Positions 1 through 13,230 are shown, counted from the first letter of the whole stretch. The stretch: 63,968 nt of DNA, filler included, from Octopus bimaculoides (GCF_001194135.2; 10 parts of 8 records of this genome joined end to end with filler, not necessarily neighbours in it), one strand, 5' to 3'. Numbers and translations are program-made. Notes: generated by a model not told the origin, from the letters alone.

Positions 1-193
1 TGATCTCAAATTTTAAAGCAAACACATAATTTTCTTATGGTTTCTTAAACATTCACTAGAACAAAACTGTACAAATCCAAATATATGGTACCCTAGGCAT
101 AACACCTACATGAACTTCTAACTTGTTGTCTCTTGAGGTCTCTGGGTGAGACTTGGATCCAACTTGTACAAATGCAAAACAAAAGTCAAACAT
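1..193 (+). mobile_element. 3' UTR of R4/Dong-like RLE non-LTR retrotransposon (family A), ending in a (TAA)n tract
   Basis: Closely matches 60304-60497, which follows an RLE C-terminal ORF. Base 1 (tga) aligns with that copy's stop codon. Runs directly into (TAA)n at 194-249. Confidence 0.8.
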
Positions 194-195
194 AA

Positions 196-249
<54 letters not shown>

Positions 250-252
<3 letters not shown>

Positions 253-807
253 CGCCGCCACGAAAAAGTGTGTGTGTATCTTCATTGGCTCTTATGTCGT
301 AAATACCAATATGAAGTTACAGAGAACTGATATGAGCATGTACCAAGTAAAATTATGCAGGAGGATGAAAAAGTAACGATATTCTGGGACTATGATTTTC
401 AGACGGATACCGTCGGCCGGATATTGTCATATTGAATAAGAGAGACAAATACTGTTAGATCCATTGATGTAGTCATACCAAATGACATGAATATTGTGAG
501 TAAAGTGGTTGAAAAAAGTCACCAAGTACTCCGAATTGAAAGTGGAAATGGCAAGACTGTATGGAATGCGAGAGGGTAATGAAAAAGTGATACCAGTGGT
601 GATCGGAGCGTTGGGCTCAATCCCATTGAAACTTCAAGACTTCTTAAGGCAACTGGAAATCCCGTGCAAAATTGATGCCTTGCAAAAGGCAGCCTTATTG
701 GGCACAGCGCACATCTTATGGAAAGTGGTATCTGGCTGAGGTCCTTGTTTTGACTTGACAAATGACTAAAGACTCCGGTGCATTTCTACCTACACTGTCT
801 TACGAAG
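250..807 (+). mobile_element. 5'-truncated, decayed R4/Dong-like RLE retrotransposon (family B)
   Basis: Across frameshifts it translates to RHEKVCVYLHWLLCRKY..YEHVP..ILWDYDFQTD..RPDIVILNK..IDVVIPND..KYSELKVE..PVVIGALG..LQKAALLGTAHILW, the PD-(D/E)xK RLE C-terminus. Flanked by (TAA)n on both sides. Confidence 0.85.
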
Positions 808-818
808 TAATAATAATG

Positions 819-910
<92 letters not shown>

Positions 911-920
911 AAGAAGAAGA

Positions 921-1228
921 AAATACAAAGAACTGGAAATAGAGATAACTCGAATGTGGAATCTAAAAACAGAAACAATTCCTATCATAGTAGGTGCCTT
1001 AGGTATAATAAAAAAATATTCAGACAAATACATAACAAAAACACCAGGACTTACAAATATATATAACATACAGAATATTGCACTACTGGGTACTGCACAC
1101 ATTCTACGCAAAACACTTTCAATACAGTAAACATAAGAGCACCACAGCAAACCACAGCACATACCCAAGGCGCACAGAGCTGCGCTCGGTAGTGAAGTGA
1201 AAGCACGTTATAAAAATAAAACTACTGA

Positions 1229-1231
<3 letters not shown>
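921..1231 (+). mobile_element. 5'-truncated R4/Dong-like RLE retrotransposon (family C)
   Basis: KYKELEIEITRMWNLKTETIPIIVGALG..IALLGTAHILRKTLSIQ* plus a distinct 3' UTR. Preceded by (TAA)n(GAA)n and followed by (TAA)n. Second copy on the minus strand at 19695-20006. Confidence 0.85.
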
Positions 1232-1290
<59 letters not shown>

Positions 1291-1677
1291 GAAAGACAAA
1301 GAAAGAGTACATGCGGTGTGTGTTGCGGTGCATAACCGAATTTCACCACCCCTACGTTATTTTGTTTCTCAGTTTTCTATAAATTAACTTGTTTCATGAT
1401 TTCATTTTCTTTCACTTATTCCTCATCTTAAAAATGATAAAAAACAAATGTTGTTGCTTATTTTATTCATTTCGCTCAAAATAACAAAGAAGAAATATAA
1501 ACAAACAACAAAAAAAAAATTACGAGGGAAACGCGTCTTCAAGAATAAAATAAATAAATAAAAATAACGAGTGAGCATCAATTCCGATATCCAACGCTAA
1601 TGATAGGCTGAATTTCTCACAAGAAAAAAATTTAAAGATTCGTTTTGTAATTAGCATGTTAAACTATGTCTACGTAG

Positions 1678-1753
1678 AAATTTTCAAAAAGTTGAATCTG
1701 GAGTATGAAATCGAAAAATCCATATCTGCGTTCCTAGATGAGACAACGCCATG
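1678..1753 (+). CDS. Candidate internal coding exon of an unidentified host gene (IFKKLNLEYEIEKSISAFLDETTP)
   Basis: tacgtag acceptor and ATG|gtaaga donor; open frame, phase 1 to 2. Joins in frame to 15285-15412, creating a TGG codon. No homology recognised. Confidence 0.35.
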
Positions 1754-2766
1754 GTAAGAAATGCAACTGAGGACAGCAGCATTAAATTAAAAGACTGTAG
1801 AAATGAAGGAAGTATACAGGTAGTGCTCCAGCGTTGCCACAATCCTTGGGTTAAAAGTAGTAACAAAAAAAAAAAAAAGAATATATACGCCTGTTATTTC
1901 GGTGTCTTGTTTTGAACCAGATTTAGTATGTGTATATACATGTCTGTGACTGCGCTTGATTGTATACGATTCTTTTTCATTTAGTATGGTGAGTGTGTGA
2001 ATATATGACTGAAAGTCGTAGAGGAAAGAGTAGCTGGCTGCCGAGGAAAAAATAGTTAAAACAAATGGTTGACGACGATTAATTTCTTTTTCATTTTGAT
2101 TTTGATAAATAGGATCCCTACTGTGGCTGTAGCTGAAATCAGACTTCAGCAAATACATTCAGGAAAAAGAGGATTATAGCACAAGTACGAACTCTTGACA
2201 TTGTCACCTGTGCTTTGTTTGAAGTATTATGTCAAGATGCGAGGTCACCTTGCTATTTTCACACCGAGGAGAATAATAGAATTAGAGAATAAAAAACAGA
2301 GAAAAATTGACCAGATCACATGAGTAGGTGGAAAGCTAATAATAACGTTAGTAATGAAATATTGAGATTAAAGTTCTTTTTTGTCAGAAAAGAGAATATA
2401 GGAACAGCAGAACAAACAAATTCAAACAGATTAGAAAAAAACTATAATTGGAAAGAATTTGATAACTAGAATAGAATCTATCTGTATAGATTACAGAGTA
2501 AGTGAAACATTAATAATATAATGTAATTAATTCGCCCTTAGCTAGAAAAGATAGATAACGGAAAATACTAGAAATGATAGTAGAACAAACTAGAAATGAT
2601 AGTTGGGCGTAATAGAAAATAAATTGAATAGAGATAAGGTAACAAAGTAGGAGTGAATGAGATTATTTGATGATGTATAAATTAGTATTAATAATGAATG
2701 ATCCGTTTATTTTCTTGTCTGGAAATAATAGATAAATACAATAAATACAATTGGACAACTCTGAGA

Positions 2767-2812
2767 TACACTCCAAGCTGAATACACTCCAAGCTGAATA
2801 CACTCCAAGCTG
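2767..2812. repeat. 16-bp tandem repeat x3 (tacactccaagctgaa)
   Basis: Directly visible direct repeats. Confidence 0.85.
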
Positions 2813-3779
2813 TACAAAATTCATCCAGCTATTTTCCTTACATTCTATCACTTTCACTCCCTAGTCGCCTGCGAAGCACGCNNNNNNNNNNNNNNNNNNN
2901 NNNNNNNNNNNNNNNNNNNNNNNNNNNNNNNNNNNNNNNNNNNNNNNNNNNNNNNNNNNNNNNNNNNNNNNNNNNNNNNNNNNNNNNNNNNNNNNNNNNN
3001 NNNNNNNNNNNNNNNNNNNNNNNNNNNNNNNNNNNNNNNNNNNNNNNNNNNNNNNNNNNNNNNNNNNNNNNNNNNNNNNNNNNNNNNNNNNNNNNNNNNN
3101 NNNNNNNNNNNNNNNNNNNNNNNNNNNNNNNNNNNNNNNNNNNNNNNNNNNNNNNNNNNNNNNNNNNNNNNNNNNNNNNNNNNNNNNNNNNNNNNNNNNN
3201 NNNNNNNNNNNNNNNNNNNNNNNNNNNNNNNNNNNNNNNNNNNNNNNNNNNNNNNNNNNNNNNNNNNNNNNNNNNNNNNNNNNNNNNNNNNNNNNNNNNN
3301 NNNNNNNNNNNNNNNNNNNNNNNNNNNNNNNNNNNNNNNNNNNNNNNNNNNNNNNNNNNNNNNNNNNNNNNNNNNNNNNNNNNNNNNNNNNNNNNNNNNN
3401 NNNNNNNNNNNNNNNNNNNNNNNNNNNNNNNNNNNNNNNNNNNNNNNNNNNNNNNNNNNNNNNNNNNNNNNNNNNNNNNNNNNNNNNNNNNNNNNNNNNN
3501 NNNNNNNNNNNNNNNNNNNNNNNNNNNNNNNNNNNNNNNNNTATATATGGTTTTAAAAGACATTTCTAGGTACAGCCACACTATTTAAGCAAAAGAATAT
3601 TTCAATTCAAAACTTAATTAAGTGTATAAAAAAGAAACGCTTGAGATAGATTAATACAGATAGGATGGAAGAAAGATTTCATATAAGCACTTTTTCCTGT
3701 GTTTAGCTTTTCAAATGCATGTACTATGAGGTAATCCACTTATAAATAACTGTTTTTAGTAGCGGCTTTCACTACCAGC

Positions 3780-4800
3780 AGTTTAGTTTCGGGTTAGATC
3801 ATTTCCTTAGTATACTTTTGTCTTTCGTATTTGATCATTTTCGGTCTAATTTGAATAGAGGGGATACTTTATATATTCCCATTCGTACAAACGTTTAAAT
3901 GTTCACTACATGGAACATTTCTAACAAGTGCATCATTTATGTGTTGTTTATGCATTTTAACTGGTCCCATTAGTTTTGTTCATTTTTGACTGATATAATC
4001 CTCATTGCACTGTCGACAATATTTTGAAATTCGTATTTGCATTAACAATAAATTGCATTTTTTAAAGTTATTCAATCAATTCACTCACGAAGATTTGGCT
4101 GTTGTATTTAGCTGTTAATAATTTGTGACTCTTTAATTATTTTTCTAAGGTTTAATGAAGTTATTATTTGGCCGAGTGTAAGATGTGATTTCTGAGATTG
4201 TAGGTGACTACAGACGGAATATTTCTACTCAGGTCTTTCTCCTCCTTGTGAAAATTTCTCCGTAAGTCAGGGATTTTTGCCTTGTTTACGGCATTATTTG
4301 CCAAGTGTTTTTTTCGGATATATTTCACTGGAGAAATATTTTCTGTTCTACTTGTGTCTATAACTATTGTACATAAACGTCTAGCTACATTAAACGGGAT
4401 ATTTCTCTTAATATGAGATGGATGGTAAGATCTAAGGTCTGAGTGAGTTTGTATCCTTGCTGTGGAAGTTGCACTTTCCTTACTTATCAAAATTTCCCGT
4501 GAAGGAAGTTCTCTTTCATTCATTTCTATTGCGAATAAGACCATTCCATTAATGCTATTGATTAAATTAAGGGGTCATGTCTGACGTTCCTTATTTCTGT
4601 TCCAAATTATTAAAGTCATCCAGGAACTTTTTACAGCTATCTTTGAAATAGCATTGGAAATACTGATTAAAATTCCGTACCGTGCATAGAATTTTCTTCC
4701 TAGTGTTGCAAACGTGGGTGCGACTTTTGTGCCCATTGCCAACCATTTTATTTGATAGTAATATTAGTTATAAATCATCCTACTACAATTTTTTTAAAAA
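3780..4800 (-). mobile_element. Decayed Penelope-like element: RT core/thumb and GIY-YIG endonuclease
   Basis: Minus strand reads YYYQIKxLAMGTKVAPTFATL (~4700-4765), KKFLDD (~4615-4632), SYHPSHIKRNIPFNVARRLCTI (ORF 4164-4544), then YCRQCNEDYISQ..HKQHIND..CSEHLNVC (~3880-4030). Confidence 0.8.
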
Positions 4801-4899
4801 AGCCATCTCATAATGCAGGAATAATTTACCGAACGAATGAATAGAAAGATACGAGAAAATTAATTAGATCTTTGAGGAAAATGTGAAAAGAGGTGAAAC

Positions 4900-5780
4900 G
4901 AAATCAATTTAAATATTGGAATCGAATAATATGTAATCAAAAGACTATAAAATCATTTATGGAATGGGATTAGTGAAAACTACAGAGAAAACAAAATTAA
5001 ACTCGTTAAAATACAGTGATAACAACAGAGGGAACTATATCTCCTTTCGTAATAACTTACAAGTCAAGCCAAGGAATAATCAAAGGGTGACAACCCATAA
5101 CCCGTCATATGCAGATGTAACTAAAAGGGACAGAAACTCAATTACTCATACTAAAACAAACTCAACTACCAGGAAACGCTTGCAAATAATAACAATAGAC
5201 GAATAGACCACAATAGACTGTCAAATCAAATAAGGTGGTTTTAGTCTACTAAAAACTTGTCAACAAACCAAAGAAGTTGGTATCATAATAATTCTAGACA
5301 TAACAGCTGGGACCCCCTTCTAAAAATAGAATTTAAAAACAGGGTACAAATGATTCAAAAACAAAAACTTTATTAGGCAAGCAGGTGTTTTAAACAAAAA
5401 CGTAAGAAACATGCAGCAAAGATTCAAGGAAATACTGCACTAGTTAATTCAAATAATAAATTTATCACAACGAAATCTCATGAAAAATTATATAAGACTT
5501 TTAGAATATGGATAAAATATGCAATAATTCCAAAACTTGACGCAACAGATCTTATAAAAAATACTGAGGTATTTTGCAGAAAACTTGATCTACAGGGAAT
5601 CAAAAGATGCAAAAGAGTGGTTACAAATACTCACATCACTTCTAAAATACAAAAGTGTATTTAAACCTCGGATAAACACGGTGAATACAACGATTGTAAT
5701 GCCATCGAATGAGAAAACCAAACCTATACATTTTGAAGAACAGTTCGCACTCCAGTGATTACAGACAAGTAAAACTAACA
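4900..5780 (+). mobile_element. N-terminal part of a Penelope-like ORF, inverted relative to the adjacent RT fragment
   Basis: At ~5456-5610: INLSQRNLMKNYIRLLEYG-KYAIIPKLDATDLIKNTEVFCRKL, then KSVFKP. Resembles the INLS..L..GLxF.P.P..F.RKL motif preceding PLE RTs. Confidence 0.55.
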
Positions 5781-7570
5781 TTACTCTCAGAGTGATTTGA
5801 ACGCGCGATGTAACGGTACTTAACTATATACCGAAGTTCATCTTATCTAAAGTTCTGATACTACCATTGCACCTGTATGCTGGAGATATAAATTTTATAT
5901 ATGCTCACACATGCGTATATAGCAATAAACTGTATGTTACAAAATATATCGTATTTAGTATTCTATCGGTGATATTTAATGTCTATGTTGTCATTCTCCA
6001 GTGATTGCCTGATATCATTGCAATATAAAAAATCAGTTTGTTCGTCTATATTCTAAGCATATCACATTAAACAAATTCATAAAATATGGAGTAAGTAAAA
6101 GTTTATCACCAAAATAACGGATTTTGTTAGTACTGATAACACCAAACTTAAAAAATTTGATTTAAAAAAATTTTTTGAAAGGTTATTCGAAAGCTGTTTT
6201 GTGTGCCAAATTCAAAAATAATTTCCGTTTGCTTTGCCACCCAAACTTTTAAAGACAATAAAACAATGTTTTCGTTTTTTTTTTTCATTTTTGTAAATAT
6301 CTTCTTAGAGCACTTAACCCATTAAATGACATGTACAAAAAGCTTTTTAATATACATTTTGTGAACTGAAACATTATGTATAATAGCCTTGAATAATGTA
6401 ATTTTTGTTGATATTTCTCAGGCATTTTCTGATATAAATCATAAACTCATTTTATAGATTTAATAAAGCCTTCTAGGGCGTGCATTAATAATCCAGACAT
6501 ATTTTGCAATGTATGTTGTGCATTTGTTGCTAAAGAGTAAAGATGACATAATTGATTTTCAGCATTTGGTATACTCGTCAGAGTTTTACCTGTGTTTTAC
6601 TTGTGATTTTCGACTCATTACTTATAGGGTTTCATTTTAAAGGCAATAGCTTTAAAGAATTTCATTCTGTCTTGGTTTGCTTATAAGTGAGATTGTTACA
6701 TTAGACTGAGATGAGTTCTTTCTTTTTTTTTTTTTTTGCTGGTGCAGCTGTTGTTCATATTGCCCAGACCACATTAAATTCTGCTTGAGAAAATATTTAG
6801 ATGATTACTTCTATAACTTAGAAGACTATATAGACTGCAGGCAACAGTGAGAATGAGTACTCAACACTGCATTAGTGGTTTCATATTCAGAGATTTCTCA
6901 GTAATTCTGCCACATGGGATGTTAGAACTCGTCTTCGACTTGCATGAGAATACACGAAGCTACACAAGACTATGCGGGATTTGGGGATAAAAGAATATTT
7001 AATTTCATATGAAGCAAATAATTTTTATGTAAAGCACATTTATTATCAGCGTCAGAGACTTTGTATCCCGGCCATTCATTTCCTTAACGAAAGACAGAAG
7101 GCCTTTAATTTATCACTTTTTCGATAACAAAAGAATCTCCCTTGTGCTAGCTGATTAAGATTGCAGGTCGAATAACAATTCAAGAGCTAAAAAAAGAAAT
7201 CTGGAAGAATTGTCTACATTCACTAAGAACATGATAACGTTAAGGCATTATAATATAGGTTTGGCTTATCACTGAGCATGTCCAAACTCTCATGATTTAC
7301 AACGAGACTCTCAATCTACCAATGTAGAAAGAAGCCATTTTATAATAACATTTTCTTCCGAATATATAATACATTTCTTAATACAGACTTGCCATGCCCC
7401 AACATAATAACACACCAGTTCTTTTGCTGAGTCAGGCAATAAATCCGTTTCTGTAAAACACATGAAGTTAAGTATTTATATGCATATATGAATATGTATA
7501 TTTACGAGCGTCTATATGAATATAAATAAATAAATATGCATGTATCAATGTATATATATCTATCTATCTA

Positions 7571-7624
<54 letters not shown>

Positions 7625-8041
7625 TGCATGCATATCTATTAATAATCAATCAATCAATCAAGATAGATAGATAGATAATGGATTTTTAAAATCTTTTACT
7701 TGTTTCAGTTAAGTGTGTGGACCGTAAGAGGGACAAAGTTGAAAAATAAAACTCATTTGGTCACATTCTATTAAAGTGTCTTTTCAGCCTACTTTCGTCT
7801 GTCTGTCTATCTACATAGATATGTATATGTCTATATATATATATGCTTGTATGTATGCATATATATATGTATGTTTTTATGCGTGCGCGCGCGTGTGCGT
7901 GTGTGAGTGTGTGTAAGCCGTCTAAGAGTCCATAATTCACGAAAAATTCACACGCATATCTGTCAGTAGAGTGGGTTAATTAATATATATATATATCGGT
8001 ACGCACACAGACATACAAAACACACGCACGCACGCACACAT

Positions 8042-8110
<69 letters not shown>

Positions 8111-8795
8111 CACATACATATATTTACATGTGTGAGCGAGTGTTTTAATGTCTGAAAATAATTACAGCGCATATGTTATACAAATATATAGCATCAACAT
8201 ACTTGTATATCATAGTTGTTCTGTTTCTTATTGTACGTGGTCTGTGCAAGCTTTTTTACGAGTGCCTCTTTCCCACTCCCACCCATCTTTCAAACTATTT
8301 GATGGATGGGTGGAAGAGCTTTTGCTTCTCCACCTTTATTTTCTTTTCCAAGTGGAAATTGAAAAAATTGATGAAGGCATGTCTAAGAGGAAAGTGTAGG
8401 TCTTTCAGTCTCATTTACTACACACTCATTCACTCTCAATGTCAGATAAGGAATACTGCACGCACTTCTTAGCCAACACAAGGTACCGAGGAGATATTTA
8501 TGATGAACTCATCTGATAAACTCATTCGTCCAACGTGCGGCAACAATTGTTCGACAAAATTTCACAAATCGCCAATAATCAGGTATTAAATGTGTGCATA
8601 CAGAACGTTTTTGTCGCACTCGTGAAGTGCATGTTTTACCACTTTTTTAATGTTATTGGACTGAAGCCTCGTACTTATTGTTTAGTCATTTACCGAGCTG
8701 CTAGTTTATGAAGCCGTAAACAAGCGAATACCTGTTGTGAAGCGGTGGTGGGGTACAAGCACAGTGACATGCACACATACAAACGTGTGTGTGTA

Positions 8796-8838
<43 letters not shown>

Positions 8839-9127
8839 CACCATTTTCGAAATCAGTCGATGCTTTCTATGGTGTTCTATATAAGGCTGCGTCCCCTCCA
8901 TGTTGGCCCCTTGTGGGTAATAAAGAAATTGTTCTATATAAAGCTGACAAGGTGACGTAGGTTCTTTAACCCTCGGCGACAGAGTGTTGGATCACTTATT
9001 TTTTACCTCAGCCCCACTATATTGCATCCAAATCCCGCTGCAAGTGCGCAATATTTCCAATGTTTTGTATCTTAGAGATTTTTGTATCATCTGCATAGCT
9101 AGAAAGGATAACAGTTGAAGGTATGTC

Positions 9128-9400
9128 TTAGAAGGTCACTATGAACAGCAGTGGCCCTAAGACAGTGCTCTGCAGACCACCACTTATTATCTCCTTAGCG
9201 GTGGCTTCGCTGGCCACCACTGGTTGACTTCTCTCTTTTAAAAAGTCATGTTGCCACTCTTCAGGCTTCCAGGCTATGCTGAGATTACACACTTCGGGGC
9301 ATATCATCTCATGGTGAACTTTATCCAAGGCCTTTGTAAAGTCACGCTATATCATGTCCACATCTAGCTAGTTAAAAACCATGCTGTGTGTCAATTAACA
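9128..9400 (-). mobile_element. CR1/L2-type LINE reverse transcriptase fragment
   Basis: VDMI*RDFTKALDKVHH..FLKERSQPV..SGGLQSTVLGPLLF matches the DFxKAFDxV and SGVPQGSVLGPLLF motifs. Confidence 0.75.
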
Positions 9401-9844
9401 AGTTATTCTCACCAAAGAAAGCAATTAGTTTCTTTCGGTCTATTCGTTCCATGACTTTGCTGATGTGTAATGTCAGAGTGATAGGTGCCTAGTTTTTAGC
9501 ATCTGCCCCGCTTCCTTCTTTATGGGTAGGGCATATTATTCCATTCTTCAATTTATATATATATATATATATATATATNNNNNNNNNNNNNNNNNNNNNN
9601 NNNNNNNNNNNNNNNNNNNNNNTTAATTAATTAANNNNNNNNNNNNNNNNNNNNNNNNNNNNNNNNNNNNNNNNNNNNTATATATATATGCGTCGCACAA
9701 GTTACGGATTTAGAGAATCAGTAGCTATCATAGTAAGCTCTTGGTACGGACTCTGCTATCAGTCCACATACTAATCACTTACAAATTAGTGTGATATGTC
9801 CAGGCAGAGTTGAACTGTTCATTTAACCATGATGTTCTGGTGAA

Positions 9845-10030
9845 TGGTGCATAGCTCAGTGGTTAGAGAGTCGCGCTCACAATCATGAGGTTAGTAAGTT
9901 CGATTCCCTGACCGAGCTGTGTTGTGTTCTTGAGCAAGACATTTTATTTCACGTTGCTCCAGTTCACTCAGCTGTAAGAATGAGTTGCGACGTCACTGGT
10001 GCCATGCTGTATCGACATTTGATTTTCCTT
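9845..10030 (+). mobile_element. tRNA-derived SINE (family 3)
   Basis: A-box tagctcagtgg and B-box gttcgattcc, then body gttgtgttcttgagcaagac..gttgctccagttcactcag. Partial copy at ~55772-55850. Confidence 0.75.
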
Positions 10031-10114
10031 GGATAACATCTATGGCTATTTCAAGTAGCTATTTCAACCATTCTATTTGAAGTAGAGTTGTATGACTTTG
10101 ATAAAAATAGAATG

Positions 10115-10507
10115 CTTTTTTACTTGTTTCAGTCATTTGACTGTGGCATTGCCGGTGCACCGCCTTTAGTTGAACAAATCGACCCCAGGACTTATTCTTT
10201 GTAAGCCTAGTACTTATTTTATTTGTCCCTTTTTCCCAACCACTAAGTTAGGGGAACGTAAACACACCAGCATCGGTTGCCAAGTGATGTTGGGGGGACA
10301 AACACAGACACACAAACATATACACACACATACATACATATAAACATGGGCTTCTTTCAGTTTCCGTCTACCAAATCTACTCACAAGGCTTTGGTCGGCC
10401 CGAGGCTATAGTAGAAGACACTTGCCCAAGGTGCCACGCAGTGGGACTGAACCCGGAACCATGCGGTTCGTAAGCAAGCTACTTGCCACACAGCCACTCC
10501 TACGCCT
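10115..10507 (-). mobile_element. Composite tRNA-derived SINE (family 1): head, internal microsatellite, tail
   Basis: Minus-strand head ggcgtaggagtggctgtgtgg..ggttccgggttcagtccc, then a TA/TG tract, then a tail ending gactgaaacaagtaaaag. Same architecture recurs at least 8 times in the window. Confidence 0.85.
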
Positions 10508-10659
10508 ATAATGCTGTTTAATTTCTCTTAGTAGAATCTTATTAGATCAAATATCGCATCGATTAATACAAATGATTACTGCATCGCAAAACTTAGGAAT
10601 TTACCAATATACCCGAAACGTGCGTAAGCTAACTGAAAAAATGTATAATTCTCCATATT

Positions 10660-10734
10660 TTTATTCTCTTTCTTTATCTCTCTCACTCTCTTTCCTTCTC
10701 TCTTTCTCTCTCTATCTCTCTCTCTCACTATCTC

Positions 10735-10803
<69 letters not shown>

Positions 10804-10840
10804 CTCTCTTTCTCTCTCGCTCTCTTTCTCTCTCTTTTGT
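10660..10840. repeat. (CT)n microsatellite
   Basis: Visible tract; source of the spurious LS/ER-rich ORFs. Confidence 0.95.
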
Positions 10841-10991
10841 GTAAGGTCGGTACAAAGTAAACAGTAGAGTGAACTCCTTCAGAATATTTGAAAAAAATTG
10901 CAACTTTGTTTTGTATTCTTTTCCTTTTATAGTTTACTTTGTACCTTTTCGAATTGTTCTGGTCTTACACAACAAATCTCTTATGTGTATG

Positions 10992-11023
<32 letters not shown>

Positions 11024-11142
11024 TGTATGTATCTGTACTATACACACACACATTATACAAGTACAAACATATATGTATATGCGTTGTAAAATCTGATGAT
11101 TCCATCAAGCACGAATCAACAAATCTGGCAGGATAAAAATAC

Positions 11143-11180
<38 letters not shown>

Positions 11181-12449
11181 NNNNNNNNNNNNNNNNNNNN
11201 NNNNNNNNNNNNNNNNNNNNNNNNNNNNNNNNNNNNNNNNNNNNNNNNNNNNNNNNNNNNNNNNNNNNNNNNNNNNNNNNNNNNNNNNNNNNNNNNNNNN
11301 NNNNNNNNNNNNNNNNNNNNNNNNNNNNNNNNNNNNNNNNNNNNNNNNNNNNNNNNNNNNNNNNNNNNNNNNNNNNNNNNNNNNNNNNNNNNNNNNNNNN
11401 NNNNNNNNNNNNNNNNNNNNNNNNNNNNNNNNNNNNNNNNNNNNNNNNNNNNNNNNNNNNNNNNNNNNNNNNNNNNNNNNNNNNNNNNNNNNNNNNNNNN
11501 NNNNNNNNNNNNNNNNNNNNNNNNNNNNNNNNNNNNNNNNNNNNNNNNNNNNNNNNNNNNNNNNNNNNNNNNNNNNNNNNNNNNNNNNNNNNNNNNNNNN
11601 NNNNNNNNNNNNNNNNNNNNNNNNNNNNNNNNNNNNNNNNNNNNNNNNNNNNNNNNNNNNNNNNNNNNNNNNNNNNNNNNNNNNNNNNNNNNNNNNNNNN
11701 NNNNNNNNNNNNNNNNNNNNNNNNNNNNNNNNNNNNNNNNNNNNNNNNNNNNNNNNNNNNNNNNNNNNNNNNNNNNNNNNNNNNNNNNNNNNNNNNNNNN
11801 NNNNNNNNNNNNNNNNNNNNNNNNNNNNNNNNNNNNNTATATATATTTATATATATGTATATGTATGTATGTATTTGGAAGACGCAATATGTTCGTTTCT
11901 ATTAATAGTATCCTATTAAAGCCGCCTGTTTCGATTGTAAATTTTAATATCACTAAACATTAGTATCAGGTGTAATATTGTAATATTAGCCAGTGTTTTG
12001 TGTAAGTTCATTTACAAATTAACTAATATACCGTAAACTATTTAGTTTCAGTTATATCAGCAGATCTTTTCTCTGTTGTAGCAAATAAAAACGAATAAAA
12101 AAAAAATGAACAAAGCCAGATTCGCTATTTACTAATATGTTGGTATCCGTTGCCTTCAGTTAACAAAACAGATGGTTGCTGGGTCAATAGATGGTCTCTA
12201 GATATCTGTGAGCAAATTTATTACTTTATAATTTAAAACTGAAAATTAATAAACATCCTATATATATGTATACCGATATTGTACTTTGAGCTAATAATTT
12301 TTTCTTTTTTTATGATTCTTGCCGTTTCGTCTTGCTGTATTAAAATACGCACAGACANNNNNNNNNNGTGTGTGTGTGTGTGTGTATACATACATGCATA
12401 CAAACATATAGAGGATAATTCAAAATGAATAATACAAAAAGAAAACATA

Positions 12450-12975
12450 TATGTAAGTGTTGTAATGAAAATATTACAAAACTACAGATGTAGCATAAAA
12501 TGTTAACTCTTCAAGTTGTTTTCTGACAGTCACAAACGTTCAGTATGAGCATCTTTTGCCACACAGCAGACGTCTATGTGATAGTGTAGTTCTTACCACA
12601 TCCGTTCCAGCATAGCCGGATTGAGTTGGCTCCGCGTCACCTTTCCACCACTTTATCCCTTGTAAATCTTGTGGAAGCGGGGCTATGAACACCTTGTCTT
12701 TCAGATACCCACAAAAGAAAAAGTCAAAAGACGTTAGCTCGGGGGACCGAGGGGGTGGCAGACCATCAATGACAAATCATTCACTCCAGAACATTCTGTA
12801 AGATACTGGCTAATGGAATCGTGTACGTGTCTATTCCAATGTGGCTGTATAATAAAGTCGAGTACCTCTTTACCTAACTGGAGCAACAACCAAATGGACA
12901 GCATGTCGAGGTAGATACAGCCTGTAACGTTGGCCCAGGTGAAGGAGAAAGGCTTAAACACTCTCCAGTTTGTTA
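12450..12975 (-). mobile_element. Tc1/mariner-superfamily transposase C-terminal relic
   Basis: VTGCIYLDML..PHWNRHV..[W]PPRSPELTSFDFFFCGYLKDKVF matches the WPPRSPDLTPxDFFLWGYLKDKV motif. Confidence 0.75.
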
Positions 12976-12989
12976 TAAATTTATAAATC

Positions 12990-13230
12990 TTACGTCAAAA
13001 CTTTATTGAAGACTTTCAACATGTACTCCGCCTGTATCTCAGTAAATTTCAAATCTATCCTTAGCGTTGCGAAACACATGTTGAAGCATTTCAGGAGTTA
13101 TCCCCTGCATTGTTAACTGAATGCGTTCTTTAAGTTCAGCTAAACTATTGCTTCGTCCAGGGGACTGAGGTAGAGAAAATGTTTGGAGTTAAATTTTTAA
13201 AAAGCTGTCATGGATACATAAGTGGGATCC
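12990..13230 (-). mobile_element. Second mariner-type transposase C-terminal relic
   Basis: SLAELKERIQLTMQGITPEMLQHVFRNAKDRFEIY*DTGGVHVE is a typical C-terminal helix region of this family. Confidence 0.6.

Noticed and set aside
9579-9678. ttaattaattaa embedded in the middle of 100-N gaps (also ~13391, 20051, 25029, 31144, 37715, 46138, 59958, 61803)
   Set aside because: Identical 12-mer with stops in all frames centred in fixed-size gaps: an assembler gap marker, not biology.
12160-12207. Possible 48-bp exon (NKTDGCWVNRWSLDI) with good branch point and gtgagc donor
   Set aside because: Only open as phase 1-1, incompatible with the flanking candidate exons; too short to support alone.
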